Positions 35,878-46,351 are shown, numbered from the stretch's first letter. The stretch is 64,000 nucleotides of DNA from Gemmatimonadota bacterium (GCA_039586795.1 JBDHJS010000015.1:1-64000); one strand, 5' to 3'. The notes: generated by a model from the sequence alone, not told the origin. Numbers and translations are program-made.

Positions 35878-38289
35878 ATGCTATCCGACCTGCGGTACGC
35901 GCTCAGATCAATCGCGCGACGTCCCGTTTTCTCGCTGATTCTCGTCCTGATTCTCGGCCTCGGCCTGGGCGCCAACGCGGCGATGTTCAGCATAGTGGAC
36001 TCGGTGCTGCTGGAGCCATTGCCGTTCCCGGAGTCGGAGCGCTTGGTCTGGCTGTGGAACCGAACGCCGGAAGGAAACAACAACTCGATAGCGGCGCTCG
36101 ACTACATGGACTACCGAGAGCGCAATACGACGCTAGAGAACGTAGCAGCCTACTCGATCTGGCCCGAGCGCTACGTCATAACGGGCGTTGATGAGCCCGA
36201 GGTTCTGTCTGGTGCCGCGGCCTCTTGGAATTTCTTCCGCACGCTGGGCGTCGAGCCGGCCATCGGACGTGGATTGTTGCCGGAGGATGAGGATCCGTCG
36301 TCCGGGAACCCGGTAATCTTGGGCCATGGCGTGTGGCAGAGACAGTTCGGGGGTGACCCGCAGATCCTCGGCCGGACGGTGAACCTGGAGGGGAGCACGT
36401 TCGAGGTTGTGGGAGTGATGCCTGCGGATTTCGCGTTCCCGACGTGGGCGGAGCTATGGCGGCCGATGCGGATGAGCGACAGGGTGTCCCAGAGTCGAGG
36501 CAACAACAACTTCCGAGTATTCGGTCGGTTGAACCCGGGCGTTAGCCTTGAGACCGCCGATGCGGATCTCTTGTCCATCTCGAGAGGCATCGTTGATGAG
36601 TTCCCGGAGGCGTATCAGGGATGGTCGGTCAGGCTGGTTGCGCTCCAGGAAGTGTTCGTTGGTGGCGTACGCGGTGTCCTGTGGATCCTGCTCGGCGCCG
36701 TGGCCCTGGTGCTATTGATCGCGTGCGCAAATGTGGCGGCGCTGCTGCTTGCTAGGGCCGTTGAGCGCGACGGTGAAATGGCCGTGCGGGTGGCGTTGGG
36801 CGCCTCGCGGGTTCGGGTTGCCCGTCAAGTGCTCACTGAAAGTGTGGTCACTGGACTTCTTGGCGGCGCCCTGGGTCTGCTTATCGCTTACAGCACGCTG
36901 GGCGCTCTGGCGGCGGCTGGCGGCGGGTCACTGCCGAACTTGGCCGGTGTCGAGCTAGATTCTACGGCTCTCGCCTTCACCCTGGTGGTATCCTTGGCGA
37001 CCGGTCTGCTCTTTGGCCTTGCGCCGGCGTTGCGGGCGCCGCGTCTACAGATCGTGGATACGCTCAAGGAGGGCCGCCGCGGGATGCGCGCGAGCGGTGG
37101 GCTGAGGTTGCAGAGCGGGTTGGTGATAGGGCAGGTGGCGCTGTCGCTTATCCTGCTCATCGGTTCCGGACTGTTGATCAGAAGCTTCCTGCAGCTCAAA
37201 CAGGAAGAGCTGGGATTTCGTCCGCAGGGCGTCCTTACCGCGCGGCTTCAACTATCGCAGGCCGAGTTTGGCGGCGAGCAGGGACAGCATCCGTACCTCT
37301 TCCATCAGGCAGCGCTGGAGCGGGTGCGGGCTGTCCCCGGTGTCGAAGAAGCGGGAATGATCACCCGGCTTCCGGTGATCTCCGGCCTCGGCCCTTGGAA
37401 CTACGTTCACGCGGATGGCAGGCCGCCGGCAACGCCGGCGGACCGGATGGGCGCGACGCGACGCGTGGTCTCGCCGGGCTATTTCGAAGCGATGGGGATA
37501 CCGCTGCTGCGCGGCCGCACGCTGACCGAGGCTGATGATGCGAACGCTCCGCTGGTGGCGGTCATCAGTCGTGGGCTGGCGGAGATGTTCTTCCCCGGGG
37601 AAGACCCGCTTGGCCGCTCAGTCGTCTATCCGTGGGATCCTGATGTCCACTTCGAGGTCGTCGGCATCGTCGGCGACATTCCGCTGAGCTCGATCCAGAT
37701 GGGGGATGAGCAGCCGACGATCTACTGGTCGCTGGCGCAGAACGGGCGAATGGACACGCGGCTGGTCGTTAGAACGGCCGGCGATCCGGCGGCAGTGATT
37801 CCGTCGGTCCGCGCAGCGATTCGGGAGGTCAATCCCAACGTACCCATCTCCGCGGTTCGCCCGATGTCCGAGGTCGTCTCTTCTTCGATGGCGCAGAGTC
37901 GATTTCGCACGCTGCTACTGAGCGCCTTCGCCGGCGTCGCGATGCTGCTGGCGGCGCTCGGTTTGTACGGCGTGCTGGCGCAACTGGTCGGTCGGCGTAC
38001 TCACGAGCTGGGTGTGCGAATTGCCATGGGCGCGGATCGTTCGAACATCTTGGGCTGGGTGCTGGGGCAGGGTGCCAAGCTCGCCGTAATCGGCCTGGTT
38101 CTCGGGTTGGGCGGTGCGGTCGCGACGACGCGGTTCACTCGGGGAATGCTGTTCGGTGTGGAGCCGTTGGATCCGCTCACGTTCGGCGGCACGGCGGTGA
38201 TCTTGTTGCTGGTAGCGCTGGCAGCGGCGCTCGTTCCGGCGTGGCGGGCGACGCGGGTCGACCCAGTCGAGTGCCTACGCTCAGAGTAG
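35878..38289 (+). CDS. ADOP-family duplicated ABC (MacB-like) permease
   Basis: MLSDLRYALR, LLIACANVA, GLYGVLA...ELGVRIAMGA, RATRVDPV; AGGAG RBS. Confidence 0.95.
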   Translation: MLSDLRYALRSIARRPVFSLILVLILGLGLGANAAMFSIVDSVLLEPLPFPESERLVWLWNRTPEGNNNSIAALDYMDYRERNTTLENVAAYSIWPERYVITGVDEPEVLSGAAASWNFFRTLGVEPAIGRGLLPEDEDPSSGNPVILGHGVWQRQFGGDPQILGRTVNLEGSTFEVVGVMPADFAFPTWAELWRPMRMSDRVSQSRGNNNFRVFGRLNPGVSLETADADLLSISRGIVDEFPEAYQGWSVRLVALQEVFVGGVRGVLWILLGAVALVLLIACANVAALLLARAVERDGEMAVRVALGASRVRVARQVLTESVVTGLLGGALGLLIAYSTLGALAAAGGGSLPNLAGVELDSTALAFTLVVSLATGLLFGLAPALRAPRLQIVDTLKEGRRGMRASGGLRLQSGLVIGQVALSLILLIGSGLLIRSFLQLKQEELGFRPQGVLTARLQLSQAEFGGEQGQHPYLFHQAALERVRAVPGVEEAGMITRLPVISGLGPWNYVHADGRPPATPADRMGATRRVVSPGYFEAMGIPLLRGRTLTEADDANAPLVAVISRGLAEMFFPGEDPLGRSVVYPWDPDVHFEVVGIVGDIPLSSIQMGDEQPTIYWSLAQNGRMDTRLVVRTAGDPAAVIPSVRAAIREVNPNVPISAVRPMSEVVSSSMAQSRFRTLLLSAFAGVAMLLAALGLYGVLAQLVGRRTHELGVRIAMGADRSNILGWVLGQGAKLAVIGLVLGLGGAVATTRFTRGMLFGVEPLDPLTFGGTAVILLLVALAAALVPAWRATRVDPVECLRSE

Positions 38290-38301
38290 TCGGGCGTTCT
38301 G

Positions 38302-40098
38302 TTACTCGCCGAGTCCGACTCTCCTCAGCAGGTCGACGAACCTGGGATCGTCGCGGAGTTCGTCGACGCCGGGCGTCAGGATTCGCCAGCTGAATGTCGG
38401 GTCCCCGGTCTCGATGCTTCTCTCCAGCCATTCGAAGGCTTCGTCGATGTTACCGAGGCCGGCGTGGATGAATGCGAACTCCATTGGAGAGACATGACGC
38501 GTCTTGGCGGCCTCCTCCAGTTCGCTCAGCAATTCCAAAGCTTCGGCTCGGCGGCCCGCTGCGCCGTAAAGGTGACCGAGCTCCGCTTGCCCTAGGAATC
38601 TGTCGGATTCTTCCAGCGTGCGTAGGTACATCTCCCGTGCTTCTTCGTACTTCCCCTGTTCCTCGTAGACGGTGCCGAGCTCTTGAAAGGATCCTACGAA
38701 ATGGGGATCCAGCTCGATCGCCTTCCTCAGGCGCTCCGCAGCGCGATCATACTCGCCGGCCCAGCGCAGGATCATCCCCACGTTCGTGTTGATGATGAGA
38801 GATAGCGGATCCAGCTTGACGGCAAGTTCGATCTGCTCGATCGCTTCATCGAGCCGACCGATGGTTCCCAGATGGCCGGCGTACCATTGGTGACCGGTCG
38901 CATATCCTGGACTGAGGGCTACGCCTTTCTCATACGCGGCTGTCGCACCGTCCCAATCGTTGTTGCTTGACAGCGTCTGAGCGAGCGCAATGTGAGCTTC
39001 ACCGAGTGCCGGGTCGATCCGGAGTGCCGTCTCGGCCGCGATCATTGCTTCCCTTGAAGCATCAGCCGGAGCAACGAAGCCCCAGTCCGCCATTATCGAA
39101 TAGCTGTCCGCAACACCGACCCAGGCCGGCGCATAGTCGGGATCGATCTGGGTGGCCTGCAGAAAGAGATCCAGCGCTGTCTCGAGTCCATCGCGAGACC
39201 GCTTGTTCCAGAAGTACCGTCCCTGGAGGTAGAGGTTGTAGGCGTCCAGATTCTCAGTCGGTGTCCGCGCGACCTGGCCGCGTTCGTCGGGCGTGAGCTG
39301 CGCGTGTAGCGCGTCGGCGATCTTGAACGCGACGTCGCTCTGGATAGCAAAAACGTCGGTGAGCTGTCGGTTGTACTGTTCGGCCCAGAGATGTTCGTCG
39401 GTCTGCGCATCGATGAGCTGGGCGTTGATTCGCACTCGGTCGCCGGACCGCTGAACGCCGCCTTCGAGAATCGTCGCCACACCTAGCTCGTCGGCGATCT
39501 CTAGCAGGCCCTTATCGCTGTCCTTGTAGCGCATGACCGAAGTGCGGGAGATCACCTTGAGGTCGGAGAGTTTGGACAGGTGGGTTATGATGTCATCGGT
39601 GATGCCATCGCTGAAATACTCGTTCTCCGGGTCGCCGCTCATGTTGGCGAACGGAAGCACGGCAATGGAGCGACTGTCGGGCTGGAGCGCCCCAGCACCA
39701 TCACCGGGACTTGCAACGCCGTGGCTGGCGACCCACCAGACGCCGCCGATCAACAAGATCATGCCGGCGAAGGCCAGTAAGCCGGCCGGCCAGCGAGCGG
39801 AGCGGGGCTCGGCAACGATAGCTCGAAGCTCTCCGGAGGTCGCCGGGTCGGTGCGCCGTACGCCATCAGGTGTCGACTCGAACGCCCAGGCGAGGACCAG
39901 CGCGATCGGGAAACCGATGAGGCTGAGGGCAACGACGAAGGCAACGGTCCACTCGGGCAGGCCGATCGCCGGGAAAACGACATCGGCCAACTGCATAACG
40001 CCGAAAGCGACGGCGCCGTAGACGGCCGCGATTCTGAACACTTGCCGCCGTTTGAGTTCGGCGAATAACGTCTGGTAGGGTCCGGGTTGATTCGTCAT
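38302..40098 (-). CDS. Membrane-anchored TolB-like/TPR protein
   Basis: FAELKRRQVFR plus three TM helices, SIAVLPFANMSGDPENEYFSDGITDDII, RVRINAQLIDA, TPRs, DPRFVDLLRRVGL. Confidence 0.9.
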   Translation of the reverse strand: MTNQPGPYQTLFAELKRRQVFRIAAVYGAVAFGVMQLADVVFPAIGLPEWTVAFVVALSLIGFPIALVLAWAFESTPDGVRRTDPATSGELRAIVAEPRSARWPAGLLAFAGMILLIGGVWWVASHGVASPGDGAGALQPDSRSIAVLPFANMSGDPENEYFSDGITDDIITHLSKLSDLKVISRTSVMRYKDSDKGLLEIADELGVATILEGGVQRSGDRVRINAQLIDAQTDEHLWAEQYNRQLTDVFAIQSDVAFKIADALHAQLTPDERGQVARTPTENLDAYNLYLQGRYFWNKRSRDGLETALDLFLQATQIDPDYAPAWVGVADSYSIMADWGFVAPADASREAMIAAETALRIDPALGEAHIALAQTLSSNNDWDGATAAYEKGVALSPGYATGHQWYAGHLGTIGRLDEAIEQIELAVKLDPLSLIINTNVGMILRWAGEYDRAAERLRKAIELDPHFVGSFQELGTVYEEQGKYEEAREMYLRTLEESDRFLGQAELGHLYGAAGRRAEALELLSELEEAAKTRHVSPMEFAFIHAGLGNIDEAFEWLERSIETGDPTFSWRILTPGVDELRDDPRFVDLLRRVGLGE

Positions 40099-40294
40099 GG
40101 GTGAAGAAGATGCGTATGCTTGGTCGGAATGCCAACCCACTGCCTCAGGCGCTTGAGACGCGCCGACGCCGGAGGTATTATCAGCCATTGGCAATGCCCC
40201 ATCAGCGCCCGAGACAGCGGCGGGTATCCTGCAACAAAAGCAGATTTCATACATGCCGTCGACCCGGCGGTGTTGCTCCATTCGCGAGGGTCAC

Positions 40295-41062
40295 ATGGAT
40301 AAGGATCGAAGAAGGACGTTGGCCTTCCTGGGCGGCGGCGTTGCGGCGGGAGTCATCGGCCCGGCGTTCCTCGGCTGCGCGCCTGCCGACGACGTCGCGG
40401 ATGCAGCCCGACCCAATCTGCCCTTTCCGTACGCGAAGCTCGATCCGGACCGGATAGGAGAGGCGGGGTACAAGAATTTCTACGTCGGCGACTGTATGTA
40501 CGGCGTGCTGGCGACGATCGTCGATGCTTTGGCGGAAGAGGTCGGCGAACCGTTCGCATCGTTTCCAACGGACGTTACACGCTACGGTGCAGGCGGCGTG
40601 GTGGGGTGGGGAACGCTGTGCGGCGCGGCCAACGGAGCGGCGATGGCGATATATATGGTGTCAAGAGATCCCGCCCGGGCCATCAATGAGGTGTACGGCT
40701 TTTACGAAAGCGAGGCGTTGCCCAACTTCATTCCCAGCGATGCCCGATTCCAGCTCCCGTCGTCCGTATCGCATTCGACGTTGTGCCATGTCTCGATCTC
40801 CAAGTGGTGCGACGCTTCCGGCCACAAGTCTTACTCGCCGGAGCGGGCCGACCGCTGCGCACAGTTAGTGGGGTCGGTGGCGAGGTACACGGTCGAGGTA
40901 CTAAACGCGCAGTTCGACAGTGTATTCCAGCCGGTGCATCCCATCTCCGCCGCCGCTGCCGCCTGCCGCGGTTGCCATGACCGGGGAGGCGTGTTAGAGA
41001 ATTCCCTGGGCATGATGGATTGCACAACCTGTCACACCAATCAAACCTCCGGTCACCCGTAG
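40295..41062 (+). CDS. Split-Soret cytochrome c-like protein (C_GCAxxG_C_C domain plus two CXXCH)
   Basis: Tat-like DRRRTL and lipobox-like FLGC, GDCMYG, WGTLCGAANG, LCHVSISKWC, ERADRC, CRGCH, CTTCH. Confidence 0.85.
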   Translation: MDKDRRRTLAFLGGGVAAGVIGPAFLGCAPADDVADAARPNLPFPYAKLDPDRIGEAGYKNFYVGDCMYGVLATIVDALAEEVGEPFASFPTDVTRYGAGGVVGWGTLCGAANGAAMAIYMVSRDPARAINEVYGFYESEALPNFIPSDARFQLPSSVSHSTLCHVSISKWCDASGHKSYSPERADRCAQLVGSVARYTVEVLNAQFDSVFQPVHPISAAAAACRGCHDRGGVLENSLGMMDCTTCHTNQTSGHP

Positions 41063-41073
41063 GCAATGACGAC

Positions 41074-41709
41074 ATGATGAAACGCGCAAATATGATATCA
41101 GTGGCCATCGGCGCCGTGGTAGGTCTTGGCGCCGGGGTGCTGATCGGCCGGGCGACGGCGCCCGATGTGGACGCGATGAGCCGAACCTTCGGCGTGGAGC
41201 TCGAGGGGCGGCCGTTGTTGGGTTCCAAGAACGCGCCGGTCACGATCATCGAATTCACCGACTACGAGTGCGCGTTCTGCCGGCGCTACAACCAGACGAC
41301 TTTCCCGGTTTTGCTCGAGCAGTACGGAGACCGCTTGAGCTACACGGTGCGTCACTTCCCGATTAGCTACCAGCATCGAAGGGCCCATAAGGCAGCGCAA
41401 GCGGCGGAGTGTGCCGGCGATCAGGGGAAATTCTTCGAGTTCCATGACGTCCTGTTCAAGCAGACGCCGGCGCTGGAAGAGAACAGCCTGATCCGCTACG
41501 CGGCGATGATGCGCCTGAATACAGACGTGTTTCGGGATTGCCTGCAATCGGGTGTGAAGTCGGACATCGTTGATGATGACATGCAGGCTGGGATCGCCCG
41601 TGGCCTACCGGGCACGCCGGCATTCTTGATCAACGGACGAGTACTCTACGGAGCGCAACCCACCGAGGTGTTTCAGAGAACCATCGAGCGGGAGCTATCG
41701 GAGAACTAG
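41074..41709 (+). CDS. DsbA/BdbD family thioredoxin-fold protein
   Basis: APVTIIEFTDYECAFC, RHFP, AAECAGDQGKF, GTPAFLING. Confidence 0.92.
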   Translation: MMKRANMISVAIGAVVGLGAGVLIGRATAPDVDAMSRTFGVELEGRPLLGSKNAPVTIIEFTDYECAFCRRYNQTTFPVLLEQYGDRLSYTVRHFPISYQHRRAHKAAQAAECAGDQGKFFEFHDVLFKQTPALEENSLIRYAAMMRLNTDVFRDCLQSGVKSDIVDDDMQAGIARGLPGTPAFLINGRVLYGAQPTEVFQRTIERELSEN

Positions 41710-41716
41710 CTGCGGA

Positions 41717-42013
41717 TCAGCGACCCAGTTTCTCGGCAAGCAAGGACCAGTAGCTCTCGCAATAGTCACAAGAACAGTCAACGCTACCCGACTTGAGTCG
41801 CGGGCATCGTCCGTTTCCGTTGGTCGGGAGCTGCTGGGCGATGATCTCGGTGAGATTCTGGAGCGTGCTGCCTGAAATCCCGGCCACGAGCGCGATCCTG
41901 TGGGCGTGTCTCCCATTGGGGCGCTGTGGCCTGTCCGCCGCAGAAATATCGGGCTTTTTGACTGAATCTTCTTGAGGGTCGGGTTCGAGTTGTATTTGCC
42001 TGAGGCTGCTCAC
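41717..42013 (-). CDS. Small hypothetical protein with C-terminal Cys cluster
   Basis: AGGAG upstream of GTG 42013; CPR...CSCDYC; fills an otherwise empty gap. Confidence 0.5.
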   Translation of the reverse strand: MSSLRQIQLEPDPQEDSVKKPDISAADRPQRPNGRHAHRIALVAGISGSTLQNLTEIIAQQLPTNGNGRCPRLKSGSVDCSCDYCESYWSLLAEKLGR

Positions 42014-42482
42014 GACTTCTCTCTCCTGGCCTAAATTCTGGCCTTTCGCGCCGGCGGCGCCCTCCAGAAAGCGCCTGACGGGGATCGGCGATTCTACAAC
42101 GCGGCGGGCTATAAGGGAAGAAGGGCAACTTGCATGCCCGTAGTTTGTGAACGGAGGCCTCCTATGTTCAGCGGGGTTAACAGCTTCTGCTTGTTGAAAG
42201 GGCGCCCGGCGAGTAGGAGTGGGACGATCTTTGCCCCTCGTGCGGAGGCGACATGACCCATCTCGTCGGCCCGAAGTACTGGACCGTCCAACTGTGGGCC
42301 CGCATCGCTGGTCGGCAACGGAATTCCCGACGATCCACGTCGATGCCGGGTTCGCCTTATTGGAGGAGGCACGTCGCGTCGCCAGTTTCGCCTATCTCCA
42401 ACCCATTGTCGAGCAGGCTAAGGAATCGTTCGCCCGCCTGTCTAGCGACTCTAATCGCTGAGTCTGTTAGCCCATCCGGAAG

Positions 42483-42998
42483 TCACCGCTCGTAGCGTAT
42501 CGTGATTTCCGTCTTGGCGTCGGGCATGAGCTTGAAGTGGCCGTCCATCAGCTCGCCGATCGCGACCGAAGGGTACGACGCTTCCGAGGCGGTGAAAGGC
42601 TCCCAATCACCCTCGCCCACGTAGAGAACCGGCATCATTCCCCAGGCCTTTGTGAGTTTCCAGTCGGGCAACTTCTCTTGGTAGAACGCCAGCACCTGGT
42701 CTGGAGTGTCTGTGGATAGGAGGCGGATTGTGGGGAGCATCTCCATCATTTCGCCGTTCACCTCCATCCGACTGGCGGGCAACGATTGGATCACGAGGGC
42801 GCCCGGGTAGGGCGGCTGCTCCACGGCGTCGCGTGGCGGTACCTGGCTCTGCTTGATCATCAGGATTTCGATCTGCAGTTCCGGATCATCCGCGCTCGCG
42901 CTAGGAATCTCGATCAGCGGGGCATACGCTTCTTGGGCTGATGCTGCCACAGGCAGGCCAAGGAGTAAGGCTGCAAGTAGCCAAGAGCGGTGCTTCAT
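42483..42998 (-). CDS. Secreted hypothetical protein
   Basis: Signal peptide ASA-QE; PYPGA...TDTPDQVLAFY; GGAGG RBS. Confidence 0.8.
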   Translation of the reverse strand: MKHRSWLLAALLLGLPVAASAQEAYAPLIEIPSASADDPELQIEILMIKQSQVPPRDAVEQPPYPGALVIQSLPASRMEVNGEMMEMLPTIRLLSTDTPDQVLAFYQEKLPDWKLTKAWGMMPVLYVGEGDWEPFTASEASYPSVAIGELMDGHFKLMPDAKTEITIRYER

Positions 42999-43260
42999 GG
43001 TGTCCCTCCTCTGATCTGGGCCAAGTCGCAGGTCGTGCCGGTCAGGTGGGCGTCGGCGACATAGAAGACTAAATATAGAAATTATTGTTGTTGATAACGT
43101 GGTGTGACTGCCGGTGTCAAGAAGTGAATGCGCTGTCCCGCCTTGAGCTTGCCTTGCCGTTGTTGGAGCACGAGATTCAAGCGTCCAATCTCCAATGATC
43201 GCTGCGCCGGCGGCAATTCGCTGGACGGTACATTCATGCTAGAAAAGAACGAGGTCACCG

Positions 43261-46200
43261 ATGCATGCTCGTCGGTTAGCCGTTGCCGCGTTTGTGGTCA
43301 CCGCCCTCGCATCCCCGCATTCGATAGTTGCGCAGACCGGCATGCCACCGGAGAAGGGAGGGACGGTCTACTCGCTGGGCATGCCCCCGGTCTACAAGGG
43401 TGACGCCGCGGCGACGCTCGGCGTCGATCGCCCCGGTTCGGACTCCGAACTAGCGGCACTGTTCAGCATTGGCGTGCACAAGGACCTAATGAGCCCGGTG
43501 GTTGGGCTGGCAGCTTTGGGCCTCGAAGGCTACTTCGGTTACCGCAACCGTGACGTAGACGGCGGCGGCCGGGCGCTGTTCCTGATACCGGCTCTCCATT
43601 TCACCATCGGCGCGGATTACAACATCCCAGACGAGCGATTCGATCTGTTGTTGCGCCTCGAGCTGCCGTTTCGACGCGGGGGCATCCTAGGCCGCGGCAC
43701 ACAAGTTCGTTTCGATTACCTGCCTACACGAGGCAACACGTTCGGTATCGGCATCGACGTACCGCTCTGGGGCCGCAACATCGGGGCGACTCGTCCCAGA
43801 CGCTCGTCAGTGAAGATCCAGAAGCCGCCGCTGCGTGAGATCGAGCCTGAGGAGCGGACTGAAGGTCTCGACGAATCGATACAGCGCTTGTGGGAGGGAG
43901 CGGAGTGGATCGCCAAGCTGGCCGCGCCGTTCACGGACAGGGGCGGCGCGAACCCACAAGAGGCCTACGCCCAGACCGTGGCGCAGCTCCAGGGTCACAT
44001 TGCAGAGACCGGAACGCGATATCCCAACGGACGGTCGTTCAACGAAGAGACCCGCGTATTTCACGACGAGCTCGATCGTGCGTTCTCGATCGCCGCGGCG
44101 GGCCGCAGGCTGTCGGAAGGGGAGAGCAGCGCACTGGGCCGAGCATTGAGCGTTCGAGCTCGGCAGATACTGCTCGACGAAGTGATGTTCCCCTACAACC
44201 GGCTACTCGGCCAGCGCAAGTCACCTGATATCCTCGACCAGTTCGTTGCTGTCGGACACGCCGAGTTCGCCCGTTGGGCAGTATCCGAGTCGGGCGTGCC
44301 GGAGGATCGTCTGCGCGAGACGTTCTTCGTGTTCCAGAGCCTGGTCGACATCGTGGAGCAGGTGCGGGCGCTGCAGCGGGAGCGCTGGAAGGACTCGCGC
44401 TTCGTCTGGCTGCCGCTGCAACTGGGATTGCGGGCCGAGGACCACGACACGCGGGCCGAGCTCGACGATATCATAGAGCGCGCTGTGGATGACCGTTTCA
44501 CGTATGGCAACGGCGTTTGGTACGTGATGAACGAGGAGTTCCAGCTCGAGATGGCTCGCTCGGTTCACCGGGCGGAAGACTACCACGTCCTGTGGATCCA
44601 CGACTTCCGTGGCAATAACGCGGAGGGGGAACCGGACAAGCTCGCCTTCGAGCATGTGGTCGGGTCGTACCTCCGCTCGCTGACACAGCGGGTTAGGGAA
44701 TACGATGAGACAGGCAAGTTGCCGCTCTACTTCATCTTCATCGATCAGCATTACTTTGAGCTGAACAACGCGCGCCGGTGGTTCCGGGTGCTTCGCGAAC
44801 CCATGGACTACGAGTTGAGCCTGCCCAAGGGCTATGAGGCGTGGGAGGAGCGATTGGCCGCCGCCCAGGATAGCTTGCGGCAGGCGGTTGCCGAATCTAG
44901 GGCGCTACAGATCGAGGCCAGCCAGTACGGCGAGAAGTGGCTCAAGAAGCGGATCAAGGTCCACATCAACGTCACCAATCCGGCCGATTTCTCGTTCAAC
45001 AGCTTTCACGTGGCCGGCATCATTCCGGTTCCCGATAACTTAATGCGGGACCACCGTAAGATCGCCTTCTACGACATCACAGAGGAGGATCCCTACAGAG
45101 GGCTCGCCATGTATACCGGTATGGGGATCGGCGAGCACTACGCGGGGGCGAACTGGGAGGACCGGGCGGTCATGGTACAGGGACCCTCGGCACTGGCGGT
45201 AAAGAACGCCGCTCGTCACCTGCTCGAAGCTCAGGGATTCACTCCACAGGAGATCCCGATTCCGCTACGAGCCCTCCCGAAGCCGGCGGACTACGACGCG
45301 AGGGTCGACAGCGTGCGGCGGGAGATTCGAAGCGTATGGGGCGTCGAGACCACTCGCGCATTGGAGCTTCACAACGAGACCGGTTACCAGTCGAAACCGA
45401 TCAACGTGGCGAAAGCCGTTTTATACAGCCTGATGCCGCGGGGGAGCCTGGTGAAGGTCCCGGATTCGCTGTGGCAGAGCTATATCTACGCCTCGCTGCT
45501 GGCGGGCAGCGCGCTGCGGGGCTGCAAGGTATTGATCTACGCTCCATCGTTGGCTTCGGCCCCAAGCAACGCGGGTCCGACCATGGCGAGGGCGCACGGC
45601 CTTTTCAGCGCGCTGGTCTACTTCGCGAACGAGATGGAAGGTGATATTCGAGCGGAGGGTGGGCTGTTCAAGATCGGTCTCTATGCGCCGCGATCTGCCG
45701 TGGGTGACCTGCGCGGCCGTATCCTCCAGGCGCGCTCGCTGGAAACGCCGTGGCTGAGAGAGGTCTATCCCGCTAATCCGGCCATACAGGCGGTGTTAGA
45801 CAGCCTGGACTATATACTGGACGCCGCGGGATACGAGAGCGACTACCTGGTTGCCTCCGATACGACAGAGAGGCCGAAGCTCCATTTGAAGGCGAACTTC
45901 TTCATTACCGACGAGGCCTGGCAGGCGCTGATCCGCCCTCGGGAGTGGGGCCCGTTGATGCATGAGTACGTGGAGTATATGGCACGCATGACAGGCCCTG
46001 CCGACCAGCGTCCGGACGTCCGCGAGATGCCGCAATCGACCCAGGCCGCGGTGATCGACCTGGTCCGAGCGGTCGAGCGTAATCTTCCGGCGGATCAGCG
46101 CGAGCGTGTATTCGCATACCTTACGGTAGGCTCGGCAAACATGGACTACCGCAGCATGGTGATGGACGGCGAGGTGATGGTGACGGTGAGCGGCTGGGAT

Positions 46201-46341
46201 GCGTTGCCGGGACTGCTCGACTTCATCATGCTGGTCGGCTTGTGCGAGTGGATCGACACGCAGGAGGAACTCGACGCTTTGCTGCCGCCGCCGGGAGGGA
46301 TGACGCGGAAGATTGCTAATCTGATGAAGTTGGCTCTTTAG
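43261..46341 (+). CDS. Large exported phospholipase D-superfamily protein
   Basis: Signal peptide; DHRKIAFYD (HxK4D) followed by TGMGIGEHY..WEDR; second half-site LHLKANF...GSANMDYRS. Confidence 0.8.
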   Translation: MHARRLAVAAFVVTALASPHSIVAQTGMPPEKGGTVYSLGMPPVYKGDAAATLGVDRPGSDSELAALFSIGVHKDLMSPVVGLAALGLEGYFGYRNRDVDGGGRALFLIPALHFTIGADYNIPDERFDLLLRLELPFRRGGILGRGTQVRFDYLPTRGNTFGIGIDVPLWGRNIGATRPRRSSVKIQKPPLREIEPEERTEGLDESIQRLWEGAEWIAKLAAPFTDRGGANPQEAYAQTVAQLQGHIAETGTRYPNGRSFNEETRVFHDELDRAFSIAAAGRRLSEGESSALGRALSVRARQILLDEVMFPYNRLLGQRKSPDILDQFVAVGHAEFARWAVSESGVPEDRLRETFFVFQSLVDIVEQVRALQRERWKDSRFVWLPLQLGLRAEDHDTRAELDDIIERAVDDRFTYGNGVWYVMNEEFQLEMARSVHRAEDYHVLWIHDFRGNNAEGEPDKLAFEHVVGSYLRSLTQRVREYDETGKLPLYFIFIDQHYFELNNARRWFRVLREPMDYELSLPKGYEAWEERLAAAQDSLRQAVAESRALQIEASQYGEKWLKKRIKVHINVTNPADFSFNSFHVAGIIPVPDNLMRDHRKIAFYDITEEDPYRGLAMYTGMGIGEHYAGANWEDRAVMVQGPSALAVKNAARHLLEAQGFTPQEIPIPLRALPKPADYDARVDSVRREIRSVWGVETTRALELHNETGYQSKPINVAKAVLYSLMPRGSLVKVPDSLWQSYIYASLLAGSALRGCKVLIYAPSLASAPSNAGPTMARAHGLFSALVYFANEMEGDIRAEGGLFKIGLYAPRSAVGDLRGRILQARSLETPWLREVYPANPAIQAVLDSLDYILDAAGYESDYLVASDTTERPKLHLKANFFITDEAWQALIRPREWGPLMHEYVEYMARMTGPADQRPDVREMPQSTQAAVIDLVRAVERNLPADQRERVFAYLTVGSANMDYRSMVMDGEVMVTVSGWDALPGLLDFIMLVGLCEWIDTQEELDALLPPPGGMTRKIANLMKLAL

Positions 46342-46351
46342 AGGTGGTTTT

